59,026 bases of DNA from a virus. The DNA lies in IMG/VR virus record IMGVR_UViG_3300031027_000002. One strand, written 5' to 3'. The notes below the pieces were generated by a model that searched no databases, was not told the origin of the DNA, and was given only the letters and a program-made list of their open reading frames with translations. Positions 15,931 to 25,410 of this stretch are shown here, piece after piece (the first letter of the stretch is position 1; every line of letters starts with the position of its first letter). Both the position numbers and the translations under genes were made by a program.

Positions 15931-18926
15931 ACTCCTTGGCTTTCGTTTGAAGTTCGCGAGGTTACGGGCGGAGTGTACGTGTCCCATATCCATCCCGCCC
16001 CTATTTCCTCAAACACTAAGGAGTGGAACTCTCCGTCTATACCCATAAAGTCGTAATAAAGATAGCCGTTCTGGTAGCTAAATTTCTGAAGAGAAGGCTG
16101 GGTGTCGTCCGGTGGAACTATATCAATCCCATTGCGCGTTATGATCTGCGGAGTGCTCCCCTCGTGGGGAAATAGCGGGTAGATAGATTGATCGGTGATC
16201 GACTGCGAGGCCTGTCCACCCGCAGAGACGTGTATTCCATCCGCCACGCGGAAGAAGATGTTTCCGCCACCCGAGACGGCCAAGCATCGCGGGATGAATA
16301 GACCACGCGTGATGCCCGTCTCCTGCAGGCTCCACGTAGAACCCACCGTGCCCGTTGCGGTTGCCAGCGCATTGTAGAAGTTCGGGACGATGAGCCAAGC
16401 GCGCTTATCGGAGAACAGCACGCCGCTGCCGCCGCTCATGCATCCGTTCACCAGGGCTTCGTTAGGGTCGGTCACGTCCTGCTGGTTCGTGTCGGGAGCC
16501 GAGTCTAGATTCGATCCCTCGCACCAGTAGAGCGTCCCCGGTCGCAGCGGGTCTCCCACGCCGTAGATAAAGTTGATGTTGTCCGTCGGGCCAAATAGGT
16601 ACGGCAGGGGCTGCGCTGCCAGAATAGGCTCGTTGATGACGTAGACCAGATTCGCTCCGTCGGGCACGCCGGGGATGAGCATCTGCGTTGTCGAGGTGGG
16701 CCGCGCAATCATCGTGTATGCCAGACCCGTAGGGGAGCCGATTGTGATGACCGTGCCGCCCAGCCATCGAGGGTTGAAGCCCGTCGCCGTGCCGCCGATG
16801 GCTCCGCCGCTTACCCACGTCAGAACGCCGCCAGAACTATTTAGGGTGCCCTTCTGCGGGAGGTCGATGGACGGGAACGGCTCGTAGTTGTCGAAGCTCA
16901 GGAGTTCATTGCTGAGCTCCGTGTCCGTAAGCGAGTCCACGATTGGCGTGTTCGTTCCACCGCCCCCGAGGTTGTCGTTGGGGCCGGTGGCGACGTAGGT
17001 GAAGTTCGACGTGGACTGATCTAGCCGCCAGTAATCTACAAGGTCGATCTGCGGGTCGGGAGACCAGAGCGACGTGACCGTGTTCGACGCAACAGGAAGA
17101 GATAGCGGCGCGGACTCAGGAGATGGGTTCGACTGCGCGCCGGTGGCGGATGAGCGGTAGGTGTAGCGGTACTGGACTTCGACGCGGGTATTCGCCGCGC
17201 CGGGGCCGATGATGCCGACCGCCCCGCCGGCGGTAGATGAAGCCTCAAGCAACAGGATGCGGCCCAGCCGATACCAGTAGTCGTAGTCGATTTCGATGCC
17301 GTACGTTCCCGCAGACGCAAAGCTCACGACCACCGTTGTTTTCGCGTAGTTGTTATCGTTTCCCGACGTATAGTTTTGGCGCGGGAGTAGTGGGTAGCCA
17401 TTGACAACGGTGATCGTTTGCCCGAAGTCCGACTTCGCGGTGCCAGAGCCTTCGCCCACCCCTCCGACGGTCGCAGATATGAGCGTTGCTCCCTCAATGC
17501 CCCAGATGCAGTCATCGTGATTCGTCAGAACGAAGGTGTAGTTTCCTGCCGATGGGACGTAGAGGCTTCCGTAGAGACAGAAGTTGAAATTCGATGTCTG
17601 CGTTGGGGAAACTGAGATGGTGCCAGCTACAGAGTCGTCCGGGTTGAGCTGGTTCCACACCATCGCAGTGGTTCCCGTTCCTATGCCGGGGGTCGACGGT
17701 ATTCCTGCGGTGAATGTGGCGTCGAAGATGAACGAGTTTCCCGAAAGCGAGTTTACCGCCGTGGAAGTCGTGCGCGGGGTGCCGCCGCCAGGGTCGCCCG
17801 GGTTGCACCAGATATACGCGCCGGTCGGGCCTGATGTCGGAGAGTCCTGAAAGAGCGCCAGCGTTAGGTTACCTATCAGCCCCATCGTCGGGGAGAGAGC
17901 ATCGATAGTGACCGTAGCGCCCAGAGCAAAACTTCCCGAGTTCGCGGAGAACGTGTTGCCGGTCGAGTTGATGCCGACTTGGAAGGTAAACGCCCCCGAA
18001 GGAACAGTGATCGGCGTACCAATCGAACCGCCGACGTCCACCACTGATGGAACGAACTTCGGAGCCACACCCGCGGGCATGACGTTTCCAGACGCATCGC
18101 AGAACGCTCCGGTGACGACCGTAGCCGAGGCGGGAGTGCCACCGGTGCCTGCGATTTGAATGTAGTGACCTGGGTTCGTGCTTACGCCCGTGGAAGGCCC
18201 CGTGGAGGTCGGCGTCTTGCTGCCGCCGTTGATCGTCGCCGTACCAGTCAGCGAGTTGATCGTGACCGTCGTGGCGTTCTGCACGTTGATAACGAAAGGT
18301 GCCGTGCCGTCCGGCGTGGGGCTCGGGTAGCCGTTAGTCTCGCCGAAGTTGAAACTCGGGTTCGCCCCGGCGAAGTTCGTCCATGGGATTGCCGTCGCCA
18401 GCAACGTTCCGGAGACGGTTGTTGACGAGTTTTGCGTGCTCACCACGGGCGCAAGTTGCGGTTCCTTGACGCCCGTCTTATAGATCGTTCCATCGGAGCG
18501 CACCTTGACCTGCCCAAAGCAGCTAAACGTCGTGGCGTCCCCGCTGTAGAGCGAGTGGGTGATGATCGTGACCGCTTCCGAGTTATCCCCGATGTACTCC
18601 CACGGCTGGACAGACGTGTTCGGACGGAACGGGATCATGGACGGCGGGTTGCCGCTCAATCCCGTGGCGATGAGGGTTGCGTTGTTGTAAAGCGACGTCC
18701 CCGCCGCAATGATTGTGGTGTAGCCCGAAGAAGGACCCGCGGGTGTCGAGTCATTAAGCCTATCCAGAGCGATGATGATGCCCGAGACGGTAATGATGGC
18801 GTCCGTCAGCAGGTTGCGTAGCATGAACCCACCCGACAAATATGCTCGGATGTTGATCCCGAGCGCCACAAAGCCAGCCTTCAATCTATTAATTGGGTTG
18901 GTGAGATCCAAGCCGCGTAGATTCAT
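15876..18926 (-). CDS. Large tail/virion protein (1016 aa) with an internal PA14-like domain
   Basis: ORF track 15876..18980, start moved to ATG 18926 (MNLRGLDL); residues ~440-572 (17265..17663) read GNYTFVLTNHDDCIWGIEG...AGTYGIEIDYDYW, PA14-like. Confidence 0.7.
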   Translation of the reverse strand: MNLRGLDLTNPINRLKAGFVALGINIRAYLSGGFMLRNLLTDAIITVSGIIIALDRLNDSTPAGPSSGYTTIIAAGTSLYNNATLIATGLSGNPPSMIPFRPNTSVQPWEYIGDNSEAVTIITHSLYSGDATTFSCFGQVKVRSDGTIYKTGVKEPQLAPVVSTQNSSTTVSGTLLATAIPWTNFAGANPSFNFGETNGYPSPTPDGTAPFVINVQNATTVTINSLTGTATINGGSKTPTSTGPSTGVSTNPGHYIQIAGTGGTPASATVVTGAFCDASGNVMPAGVAPKFVPSVVDVGGSIGTPITVPSGAFTFQVGINSTGNTFSANSGSFALGATVTIDALSPTMGLIGNLTLALFQDSPTSGPTGAYIWCNPGDPGGGTPRTTSTAVNSLSGNSFIFDATFTAGIPSTPGIGTGTTAMVWNQLNPDDSVAGTISVSPTQTSNFNFCLYGSLYVPSAGNYTFVLTNHDDCIWGIEGATLISATVGGVGEGSGTAKSDFGQTITVVNGYPLLPRQNYTSGNDNNYAKTTVVVSFASAGTYGIEIDYDYWYRLGRILLLEASSTAGGAVGIIGPGAANTRVEVQYRYTYRSSATGAQSNPSPESAPLSLPVASNTVTSLWSPDPQIDLVDYWRLDQSTSNFTYVATGPNDNLGGGGTNTPIVDSLTDTELSNELLSFDNYEPFPSIDLPQKGTLNSSGGVLTWVSGGAIGGTATGFNPRWLGGTVITIGSPTGLAYTMIARPTSTTQMLIPGVPDGANLVYVINEPILAAQPLPYLFGPTDNINFIYGVGDPLRPGTLYWCEGSNLDSAPDTNQQDVTDPNEALVNGCMSGGSGVLFSDKRAWLIVPNFYNALATATGTVGSTWSLQETGITRGLFIPRCLAVSGGGNIFFRVADGIHVSAGGQASQSITDQSIYPLFPHEGSTPQIITRNGIDIVPPDDTQPSLQKFSYQNGYLYYDFMGIDGEFHSLVFEEIGAGWIWDTYTPPVTSRTSNESQGVQGLLCGCSDGTVRKLGS

Positions 18927-19053
18927 CGTGGCACCACCACGCCGTCTTTTACCTGCCACTTCGCAGCGCACGCAGAGCATAGGCCACCCGATGGCACGGA
19001 GGCATTATGCGCCCCGCACCGCAAGCAGCGCCGTTCTGTGATCTGGATAGCCA

Positions 19054-19179
19054 CTATTTTGCAGTCTTCTTTTGCGACCAGTGCCGCTTGTAGTTTCCGC
19101 CCTTGCGAATCTTTTCCTTGTCGGGCTTCGCGTCGCTGTTGGCTACCTTCAATCCGGGGAACTTCCTAGCTTTGCCCAT
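19054..19179 (-). CDS. Small very basic protein (41 aa)
   Basis: Not in track (<60 aa); GAGAGGAA RBS then MGKARKFPGLKVANSDAKPDKEKIRKGGNYKRHWSQKKTAK. Confidence 0.5.
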   Translation of the reverse strand: MGKARKFPGLKVANSDAKPDKEKIRKGGNYKRHWSQKKTAK

Positions 19180-19218
19180 GGTTTCCTCTCGACTTACTGC
19201 GTCTCTTGAATTTGACAC

Positions 19219-19434
19219 CTAACGTCTCCGGCCTTTTGGTAGATCGCCCATCTTCAGCTTCGCACGTTTCGGCATCTTGCCCGTGTACTTTCGGTCGATG
19301 CCAGTGTTGCCGAGGCCCTTGTACTCGCGAGGCTTCGGTCCATTGACGCGCTCATGCCAGTCCGATCCCTGATTCTTGATGGCGCTCTTGATTTGATCGT
19401 TCGCCCCCTGCGATGCTTCGCGTGTCTTTTTCAT
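19219..19434 (-). CDS. Small basic protein (71 aa)
   Basis: ATGA start/stop overlap with the upstream 491-aa gene; Lys/Arg-rich C-terminus KMPKRAKLKMGDLPKGRRR. Confidence 0.6.
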   Translation of the reverse strand: MKKTREASQGANDQIKSAIKNQGSDWHERVNGPKPREYKGLGNTGIDRKYTGKMPKRAKLKMGDLPKGRRR

Positions 19435-20906
19435 CGTGGTTCATCCTCCGATTGGCGTTGTCCTTCGGTGTTGATAAGGTCGGTGAAGATTCCATACGAA
19501 AGCCAGCGTTTATTCCTCTCCCCGACGGCTCGGTAGAAGTCCTTGAGCAGCGGGTATGTGGCGCTGAACTCCTGCCCCCCCTGTTTCCAGCAAGCGACGT
19601 GCTGCGCGTAATCCAGAACTGCTTGGAAATCATCGCGGGAGACCTGAACGTACGTGTTGGTCGAGTCGAGCAGCGGGGCATTGCCGACGAGCGTTAGCCC
19701 AACCGACTGACCAAGTCCCGGAGTCGGCGCCACGAAGTCGATGCCAGCCTGCACGATAGAATTCAATGTGTCGTTCGATGCCTGCCACTCGGGAGCGTAG
19801 TCGTCCATTGAAGCCAGCGCGGTAGAGTCGGCTGTAGCGCCGTTGATCTGCGTCTGCTTGAGCCAGTTTGACTTCAGCATGAGTTCCAAGCCCTGCGTGT
19901 ACCGCTCAAGGCAGTAGGAAGCCCTCTGGCGGTCGGTGGCCTCAGACTCACGCCCCAGCAGGTCCGCCAGAGCGCCGTACATCGGTAGCCAGCTCCAATC
20001 ATCTGGGATGCCCAGCAGCGTCGCGGCGGGAGGAGCGAAGGTCGCGGCCGCGTTCAGGACGATGATGTCGTAGGTGCCCGGAACGTTCGGAGCGATGTCA
20101 ACGTCGAAGGCGAGCGGAGCCTCGGTAGCTATATCCCAAGACTGCGGTAGCCCAAACTCGTTTGTGTAGTCGGGCTCGAAGAAGTCGAAAGCTTGGGTGT
20201 CCTCACGGGTCAGCGTCACCGACTGCGCGAACTGGAGTGGAGTAGCGGAAAGCCCCGCAGAGACCGGCAAGGAGATTCCCGCTACATTTCCTGAGATGCT
20301 GGTGACGAAGGTGTTGGGTTGCACCCCCGCTCCGACGACTACCATGTTCTGATACACGCCCAGCGACGATGCGAGAGTGATGGCCATATCTCCCGTCGAG
20401 GCCGTTCCGGTAGTCTGGGCCGAGACTGCCATGAATCGGATGCGCCGAGGCTCGAGCACCGTATCCGGCAATGCGTTATCCCTTGTCCCGGGTACCGCCA
20501 CGACCGAAAGCAAGCCGAGATTGCACGCGCTCGCCTGAATCACTTCCTGCGTGCGCTTCTGGAGAGCGTATTGGAGGGCCGAGATGCTGAATTGATTGGT
20601 TCCCGTCCACGTCCCGCCCGTCGGCGGCTCCAGCAGCATGTTCTCCATGTTCGTGTAGAGGTCGACGTCGGTGACGGTGCGCAGCCGTGGAGACCCGGCG
20701 AGGGTTCCAGTGTTGATCCACGAGCCGTTGGCGTTCGGGATTACTAGGTCGGCGTTCCAGCACTCCGCCATGGCGGACCAGTGGCGTAGGCCCTCAACGA
20801 GATACCCCCAGCACTCGTCCGCCGTCCAGAACGTTGTGCTGTTCAGTCGACCTTGCAGCGCGGAGACTGCGGCGGTCTTCGTTAGCCATGTGTAAGGGGC
20901 CGCCAC
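19431..20906 (-). CDS. Hypothetical virion protein (491 aa)
   Basis: Long ORF in the structural block; no motif recognised. Confidence 0.7.
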   Translation of the reverse strand: MAAPYTWLTKTAAVSALQGRLNSTTFWTADECWGYLVEGLRHWSAMAECWNADLVIPNANGSWINTGTLAGSPRLRTVTDVDLYTNMENMLLEPPTGGTWTGTNQFSISALQYALQKRTQEVIQASACNLGLLSVVAVPGTRDNALPDTVLEPRRIRFMAVSAQTTGTASTGDMAITLASSLGVYQNMVVVGAGVQPNTFVTSISGNVAGISLPVSAGLSATPLQFAQSVTLTREDTQAFDFFEPDYTNEFGLPQSWDIATEAPLAFDVDIAPNVPGTYDIIVLNAAATFAPPAATLLGIPDDWSWLPMYGALADLLGRESEATDRQRASYCLERYTQGLELMLKSNWLKQTQINGATADSTALASMDDYAPEWQASNDTLNSIVQAGIDFVAPTPGLGQSVGLTLVGNAPLLDSTNTYVQVSRDDFQAVLDYAQHVACWKQGGQEFSATYPLLKDFYRAVGERNKRWLSYGIFTDLINTEGQRQSEDEPR

Positions 20907-20913
20907 GCATCAC

Positions 20914-21198
20914 CTACTTGACTACGAACGTGAGGAGGGTTTGGCCGGCGGTTCCGGTCACGTACCAGTCGCCCAGCGTCTCGGTATACCCGACGGGCGT
21001 CTGCACGGTGAACGATCCGGAAGGCTGAAGCGGGATGCCCAGCGACGCCGAAACACGGCTGTCACCGATGTACATCACGGCGGCAGAGTTGTTGTAGAAC
21101 GTCACCCACTGGAACGAGCTTTCATGCTGCACGATCGGGTCGCGCGGAACGATGGACGTCGGAGAAGTCGCTGCGATGGTCGTCGAGATTACATACAT
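20914..21198 (-). CDS. Hypothetical virion protein (94 aa)
   Basis: Start set at the TAATG overlap (MYVISTT); ORF track 20914..21276. Confidence 0.55.
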   Translation of the reverse strand: MYVISTTIAATSPTSIVPRDPIVQHESSFQWVTFYNNSAAVMYIGDSRVSASLGIPLQPSGSFTVQTPVGYTETLGDWYVTGTAGQTLLTFVVK

Positions 21199-22241
21199 TA
21201 GTTGCTCCTGTTCCCGGAATACCCGCCGAGATTGATCCCTGCGTTCATTGTGGCATAAGGCGAACCTTGGCCCCACGGACCACGGAGGCGAACGTTGTTC
21301 TGCTGCTGCCCGTCGAGATTGAGGTCGATCGCAAGAACCTGCCCGAAGATGAACATGAACTTCTTTTCCGCCATCTGCGACAGGAGCATCATGCCCTTGC
21401 CGGAGCCGGGGGTCTTCGCTTCCATCTTTGCGGCCGCATCCTCCAGAAGCATCTGGCGAGCCTTCTGCTCGAGCATGTCCTCGGTGATCGGGTACGGCGT
21501 CGTCATAGACATCCAGTCCGCAGGAACCTGCGGGAGCGGTCCGCGGCGGCGGTACGAGTAGCTGTACGGCACGTAGTTAGTCTGGTGCGGCCATAGTTCG
21601 AACATCTGGTATCCGAGCGTGGCGCTGCCGGGGCGTTGGTCCGTGCCCGCCGGAACCGCGTACCGTGGGTTCGAGAAGTCGAGGCGCTGAGGGTCTTTGA
21701 CTGACAGGGTGGCCTGCGTGACGCTCCAGAAGTCGATGTAGCCATCGTTGGTTGTGTCGCGGATTTCGATGAACTTCCGGAAGTCGGCAACTGGCGCCGG
21801 GTAGTAGACCTGATAGATCATGTACGGCTGGCCGGGACCACTGGTCGGCTCCATCCAAGGGCGGTCAAGGGTCAACGTCGCAAACGGGTAGTTCGGCGAG
21901 TTCGCCGGGTCTTGCCCATTGTCGTACGCGATGATGTTGTAGACCGAGAAGCTCGGGTTACGGTACTGAAGCTGCGTGATGAACGGCTGGCCGGTGTAGC
22001 CCAGCAGGAGATTCGTGAGGTACGAGTTGCATACGATGCTGGGGGAGTACGGCGTCGTGGTCGTGCTGCCGGTGTTGAAGATGATGCCAGGGGTGAGCCA
22101 TCCAGAGAAGCCCTTTTGAAACGACCAATCGCAGTTATCGTAGATCGCCCCCAGCGCGCGCTGCGTCTCCGTCTGCGAGCGAGACAGTGGCGTATCGGGT
22201 ACCAATCCAGTCAAGGCCTTCGCAACGTTAAACAGGCTCAT
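21198..22241 (-). CDS. Hypothetical virion protein (347 aa)
   Basis: Start at ATG 22241 behind TAGGAGAA RBS, directly after terminator 22251..22288. Confidence 0.7.
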   Translation of the reverse strand: MSLFNVAKALTGLVPDTPLSRSQTETQRALGAIYDNCDWSFQKGFSGWLTPGIIFNTGSTTTTPYSPSIVCNSYLTNLLLGYTGQPFITQLQYRNPSFSVYNIIAYDNGQDPANSPNYPFATLTLDRPWMEPTSGPGQPYMIYQVYYPAPVADFRKFIEIRDTTNDGYIDFWSVTQATLSVKDPQRLDFSNPRYAVPAGTDQRPGSATLGYQMFELWPHQTNYVPYSYSYRRRGPLPQVPADWMSMTTPYPITEDMLEQKARQMLLEDAAAKMEAKTPGSGKGMMLLSQMAEKKFMFIFGQVLAIDLNLDGQQQNNVRLRGPWGQGSPYATMNAGINLGGYSGNRSN

Positions 22242-22250
22242 CGTTCTCCT

Positions 22251-22288
22251 AAAAGTAAAGGGCCGCGCCGAGAACGGCAACGGCCCCC
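22251..22288 (-). terminator. Candidate intrinsic terminator
   Basis: Minus strand GGGCCG...CGGCCC stem followed by TTTACTTTT. Confidence 0.45.
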
Positions 22289-22308
22289 ACTGCGATTCTC
22301 ATATCCTT

Positions 22309-22905
22309 CTACAGCTGCGAAACAAAGGCTCCGAACTGGACAGTCTCAGCAGTGAGATTGGTTCCACTTGGAACGCTGCCGCTGCTCGGTGCCACCGATA
22401 CGGTGAGGGTTGCGGGAGTACCGCCGGTGCCGGAGATGGTTGCCGTAGGTGCCGCCGTGTACGATCCCGAGTTGGTGATGTTGATGGCGATGGTTGTCGC
22501 CGTCAACACCGTCACGGTTCCAGCAGCGCCGCTGCCAGTACCACCCGCGAAGACGATGGGAACAACCGTGCCAGGAGTCATGCCGACGCCCGCTGCGTTC
22601 TGAACCACGAGCACGCCGTTCCTGCCCGAGTACGTCCAGTACGCCCTCCAGCCCGATTGCGTTGGGGAGGGAGCGCCAGCGCGAACGTAGGCCGCTCCGA
22701 TGCCCGCAGCCGTCGGGATAAAGTCAACCTGGTAGTTTCCGCTAACCGTGGTGCAAGCCATCGGAAAGCTGATGTACTCGTTCGCGCCGGGGTTGGAGAG
22801 TGGATCGCCAGTCGCGGGGGCGTAGGATGAGGGTCCGCTGGCGACGAGAAGCGCCTCGCGGAACTCACCTACTTGAGCGGACTGGTAAACATATGAAGGT
22901 GTCAT
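22309..22905 (-). CDS. Hypothetical virion protein (198 aa)
   Basis: ORF; Gly/Thr/Ala-rich beta-type C-terminal half; followed by a terminator. Confidence 0.65.
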   Translation of the reverse strand: MTPSYVYQSAQVGEFREALLVASGPSSYAPATGDPLSNPGANEYISFPMACTTVSGNYQVDFIPTAAGIGAAYVRAGAPSPTQSGWRAYWTYSGRNGVLVVQNAAGVGMTPGTVVPIVFAGGTGSGAAGTVTVLTATTIAINITNSGSYTAAPTATISGTGGTPATLTVSVAPSSGSVPSGTNLTAETVQFGAFVSQL

Positions 22906-22914
22906 CCTTGCTCC

Positions 22915-23256
22915 TTATGCCAACTGCTCTATGGTCAGATAGGCGGAATAACTGCTACCACTGAACGACCCTCCGACAGATGTCGACAGTGAGATATATG
23001 ATCCATCCCCAACGAACACAAAGTCGGCACCTATTTGAGACGGTTCAGTGAGCGAAGTGTTCAGCGAGCATCCGTTACCCACTGGCTCCAGCGAAAGAGT
23101 AACGCTTGGACCAGAAGATGCAGCTTCGGAAGAGAGCGCAACGGTGATCCTATACAAGGCCGCCGCCGTCGTCGTGTAAACGCTCGTCGACGATATAGCC
23201 GACGTTTGCCCCGTCCACTCATTGCTGTATACGATTTGCGCTGCGCAGAATGGCAT
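22915..23256 (-). CDS. Hypothetical virion protein (113 aa)
   Basis: ORF tightly packed between neighbours. Confidence 0.6.
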   Translation of the reverse strand: MPFCAAQIVYSNEWTGQTSAISSTSVYTTTAAALYRITVALSSEAASSGPSVTLSLEPVGNGCSLNTSLTEPSQIGADFVFVGDGSYISLSTSVGGSFSGSSYSAYLTIEQLA

Positions 23257-23257
23257 A

Positions 23258-24118
23258 TTATCCCTGCCTCACTGGAAGCTGGAGGTCAACACGAACAATC
23301 GTGCTAGCCGCCGGTAGGTCAAGAGTGTATCCCATGAATCCGCCGGTGGTCGTGATCGTAGAGTTCGTTGTAACCGCCGAAGCGGTCGCCGCCGTTACTC
23401 CATTTCCTGCCGCCGGGGTACCGCTCGCCGTGGTGACGAGTACAGGAGCGATACCGAGCTCTTGAATGACCACCCATGCGTTCGCGGTAATTTGCGCCGC
23501 CGTTACGGACGTAAGGAACACGCCGCGCGGGGAGGAGAGGGAAAGCGCCGAGGCGTCGAATGTGGAAACGAAGTTGGGGTCAACGTTCATCTCCGCCAGA
23601 ACCGAGCCGCCCGAACCAGTCGAGAGGACCGAAGTCAGGGTGAAGGTGGGAACCGAGGTCATGTTCGCGCCCGCATAGGTCAACTGCGCACCGACGATGG
23701 CACCGCCAGAGAGCGTGAGGAGAGCCGTTGCCGCCGTTCCGCCCGCAGCCGAGGAACTTATCGCCACCGTGCCCGTGCCGGAGCCTGTAGCCGTGATGAC
23801 GTAGCCGGAGCCAGCTGCGGAAACCACAACCTGCCCAACAGTCGTCGGGAGGCCCCATCCCGCTACCTTACCGAATCCGGTGTTGGCGGCGGTGGAAGCG
23901 GCAGAGAGGCGCACGAGGCGGTATCGGCCAGTGTTGAGGTTCGACCCGAAGCGGATGTTCCACTGAGCAGCCTCGCTCGTTTGGAGGTCCACATAATCGC
24001 CCTCGTGGAGCGACCCGCCGAGGTACGGAACCCCGGTGATCGCGTCGGACATGCCGCTCGGCGAGGTGTAAACCGCGAACGGCCCAAGATAAAAGGATTG
24101 TGCGAGTGTTTGTGCCAT
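23258..24118 (-). CDS. Capsid-associated (decoration-like?) protein (286 aa)
   Basis: Start at the TAATG overlap with the capsid gene stop (MAQTLAQSFYLGPF); Ig-like Gly/Thr/Ala-rich middle. Confidence 0.6.
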   Translation of the reverse strand: MAQTLAQSFYLGPFAVYTSPSGMSDAITGVPYLGGSLHEGDYVDLQTSEAAQWNIRFGSNLNTGRYRLVRLSAASTAANTGFGKVAGWGLPTTVGQVVVSAAGSGYVITATGSGTGTVAISSSAAGGTAATALLTLSGGAIVGAQLTYAGANMTSVPTFTLTSVLSTGSGGSVLAEMNVDPNFVSTFDASALSLSSPRGVFLTSVTAAQITANAWVVIQELGIAPVLVTTASGTPAAGNGVTAATASAVTTNSTITTTGGFMGYTLDLPAASTIVRVDLQLPVRQG

Positions 24119-25395
24119 TACTGTCCCACTCCCTTGAAGCCGAAGATAATCATGCCGTGGGTCGGCTGATCGCTGTACACGTTTGTCGCCAACCGCAGAT
24201 ACCGGATGTTGGACGAGATGTTGTTCGGAATCGGGTTCTCGCGGATGTTGAAGTTCCAACCGCTACCCGGCTTCGGGGGAAGCATGACCATCGCTTCGGG
24301 GTCGATGAAGTAAAGCGCCTCGCCCGGGTTGATGGTGGTTGCCGACGGGATGTTCGATCCTGTCGGGGAGAGCGTGCCCGCCGCCACTGCAACGCCGTTG
24401 ACGTTGAATGTGGGGGTAAGGTACGGCGAAAGCTGGGTGCTGCCACCCGATCCGTCGTAGTACTTGGCCTGACCAACCGAGCCGAACGCTGCCGGGTTGC
24501 CGCCAGGGAGGAAGTTGAATGCCACCGAAGACGGGCAGAGCGGGTCTTCGTGGATCTTGATGCCGTTGAAGTCAATCGAGCGCCAACCGAAGTCGGTGCC
24601 TTCCTTGACGTCAAGCTGCATCGTGACCGACTGCGTCCGGAAGGCAGTTGCGACTGCGCCCCATCCGAACGGCCCAACGAAGCCAACCTTTGCCTTCGCG
24701 CCGAGAACACTCAACTGAGCGACTGCGCGCTGGAAGACGGGCCACGTGATCGAGCCAGCCGCACCGGTGTTCGTTCCGCAGTAGTACGGGGTGGCGTTGT
24801 ACGCCTGTCCCGTCACACCGTTGCGGGTGACGCCGCCATAGAGGGTGTAGTAGTTGCCGAATGGACCCGGATCGTAGCCGTTGTTGAACGCCTCGTCGAA
24901 GCCGTTGGACGACTTGTGACGATCGTTCGATACGCCGGCAGTCGAGCCGCCAGGGGAGCCAGAGTTCCACTGGCCGTGCTGGTAAGCGTCCATCTCAACC
25001 ATCGACTCAAGCCGCTTGGCGAGGCAGTAGTTGTCGATCGCTTCCTGAGAGACGATCTGAGTGTCGCCCGCGGCGTTGTAGAGGTCGTACTCCGTCTCTT
25101 CGATTTCGAGGTCCGACTCATAGAACCGAATATCGAACTTGGAGTCGTTGACCATCTGCTTACGCGTCGGGTTGATTGTCGCACCCGGCTGGGTGGCGGA
25201 ACCATGAGCGAAGTCATAGATGTAGGGGTTGCGAACGCCCGTGCCCTGGAAGAAGACGTCCATGACGCCAGCTTCTTTCAGCAGCGTCAACAGAGGGTAG
25301 TTGGTACCGAAGCAGTCCGCTACAAACCCCTTGCGAATAAGCTCTCGTGATACCGCATCCCTTTGATTATAAAGAGGATCGTTTGGCTGAGGCAT
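24118..25395 (-). CDS. Major capsid protein (425 aa)
   Basis: Size and position directly after the scaffold-like gene in terminase-portal-scaffold-capsid order; no HMM run. Confidence 0.7.
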   Translation of the reverse strand: MPQPNDPLYNQRDAVSRELIRKGFVADCFGTNYPLLTLLKEAGVMDVFFQGTGVRNPYIYDFAHGSATQPGATINPTRKQMVNDSKFDIRFYESDLEIEETEYDLYNAAGDTQIVSQEAIDNYCLAKRLESMVEMDAYQHGQWNSGSPGGSTAGVSNDRHKSSNGFDEAFNNGYDPGPFGNYYTLYGGVTRNGVTGQAYNATPYYCGTNTGAAGSITWPVFQRAVAQLSVLGAKAKVGFVGPFGWGAVATAFRTQSVTMQLDVKEGTDFGWRSIDFNGIKIHEDPLCPSSVAFNFLPGGNPAAFGSVGQAKYYDGSGGSTQLSPYLTPTFNVNGVAVAAGTLSPTGSNIPSATTINPGEALYFIDPEAMVMLPPKPGSGWNFNIRENPIPNNISSNIRYLRLATNVYSDQPTHGMIIFGFKGVGQ

Positions 25396-25410
25396 TTACA
25401 TTAACCTTTC

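Noticed and set aside
24100-25350. 416-aa plus-strand ORF exactly antisense to the major capsid gene
   Set aside because: Its Arg/Val/Asp/Glu-rich, low-information sequence is typical of the open antisense frame of a GC-rich gene. It has no RBS and no coupling to neighbours, while the sense frame fits the terminase-portal-scaffold-capsid order.
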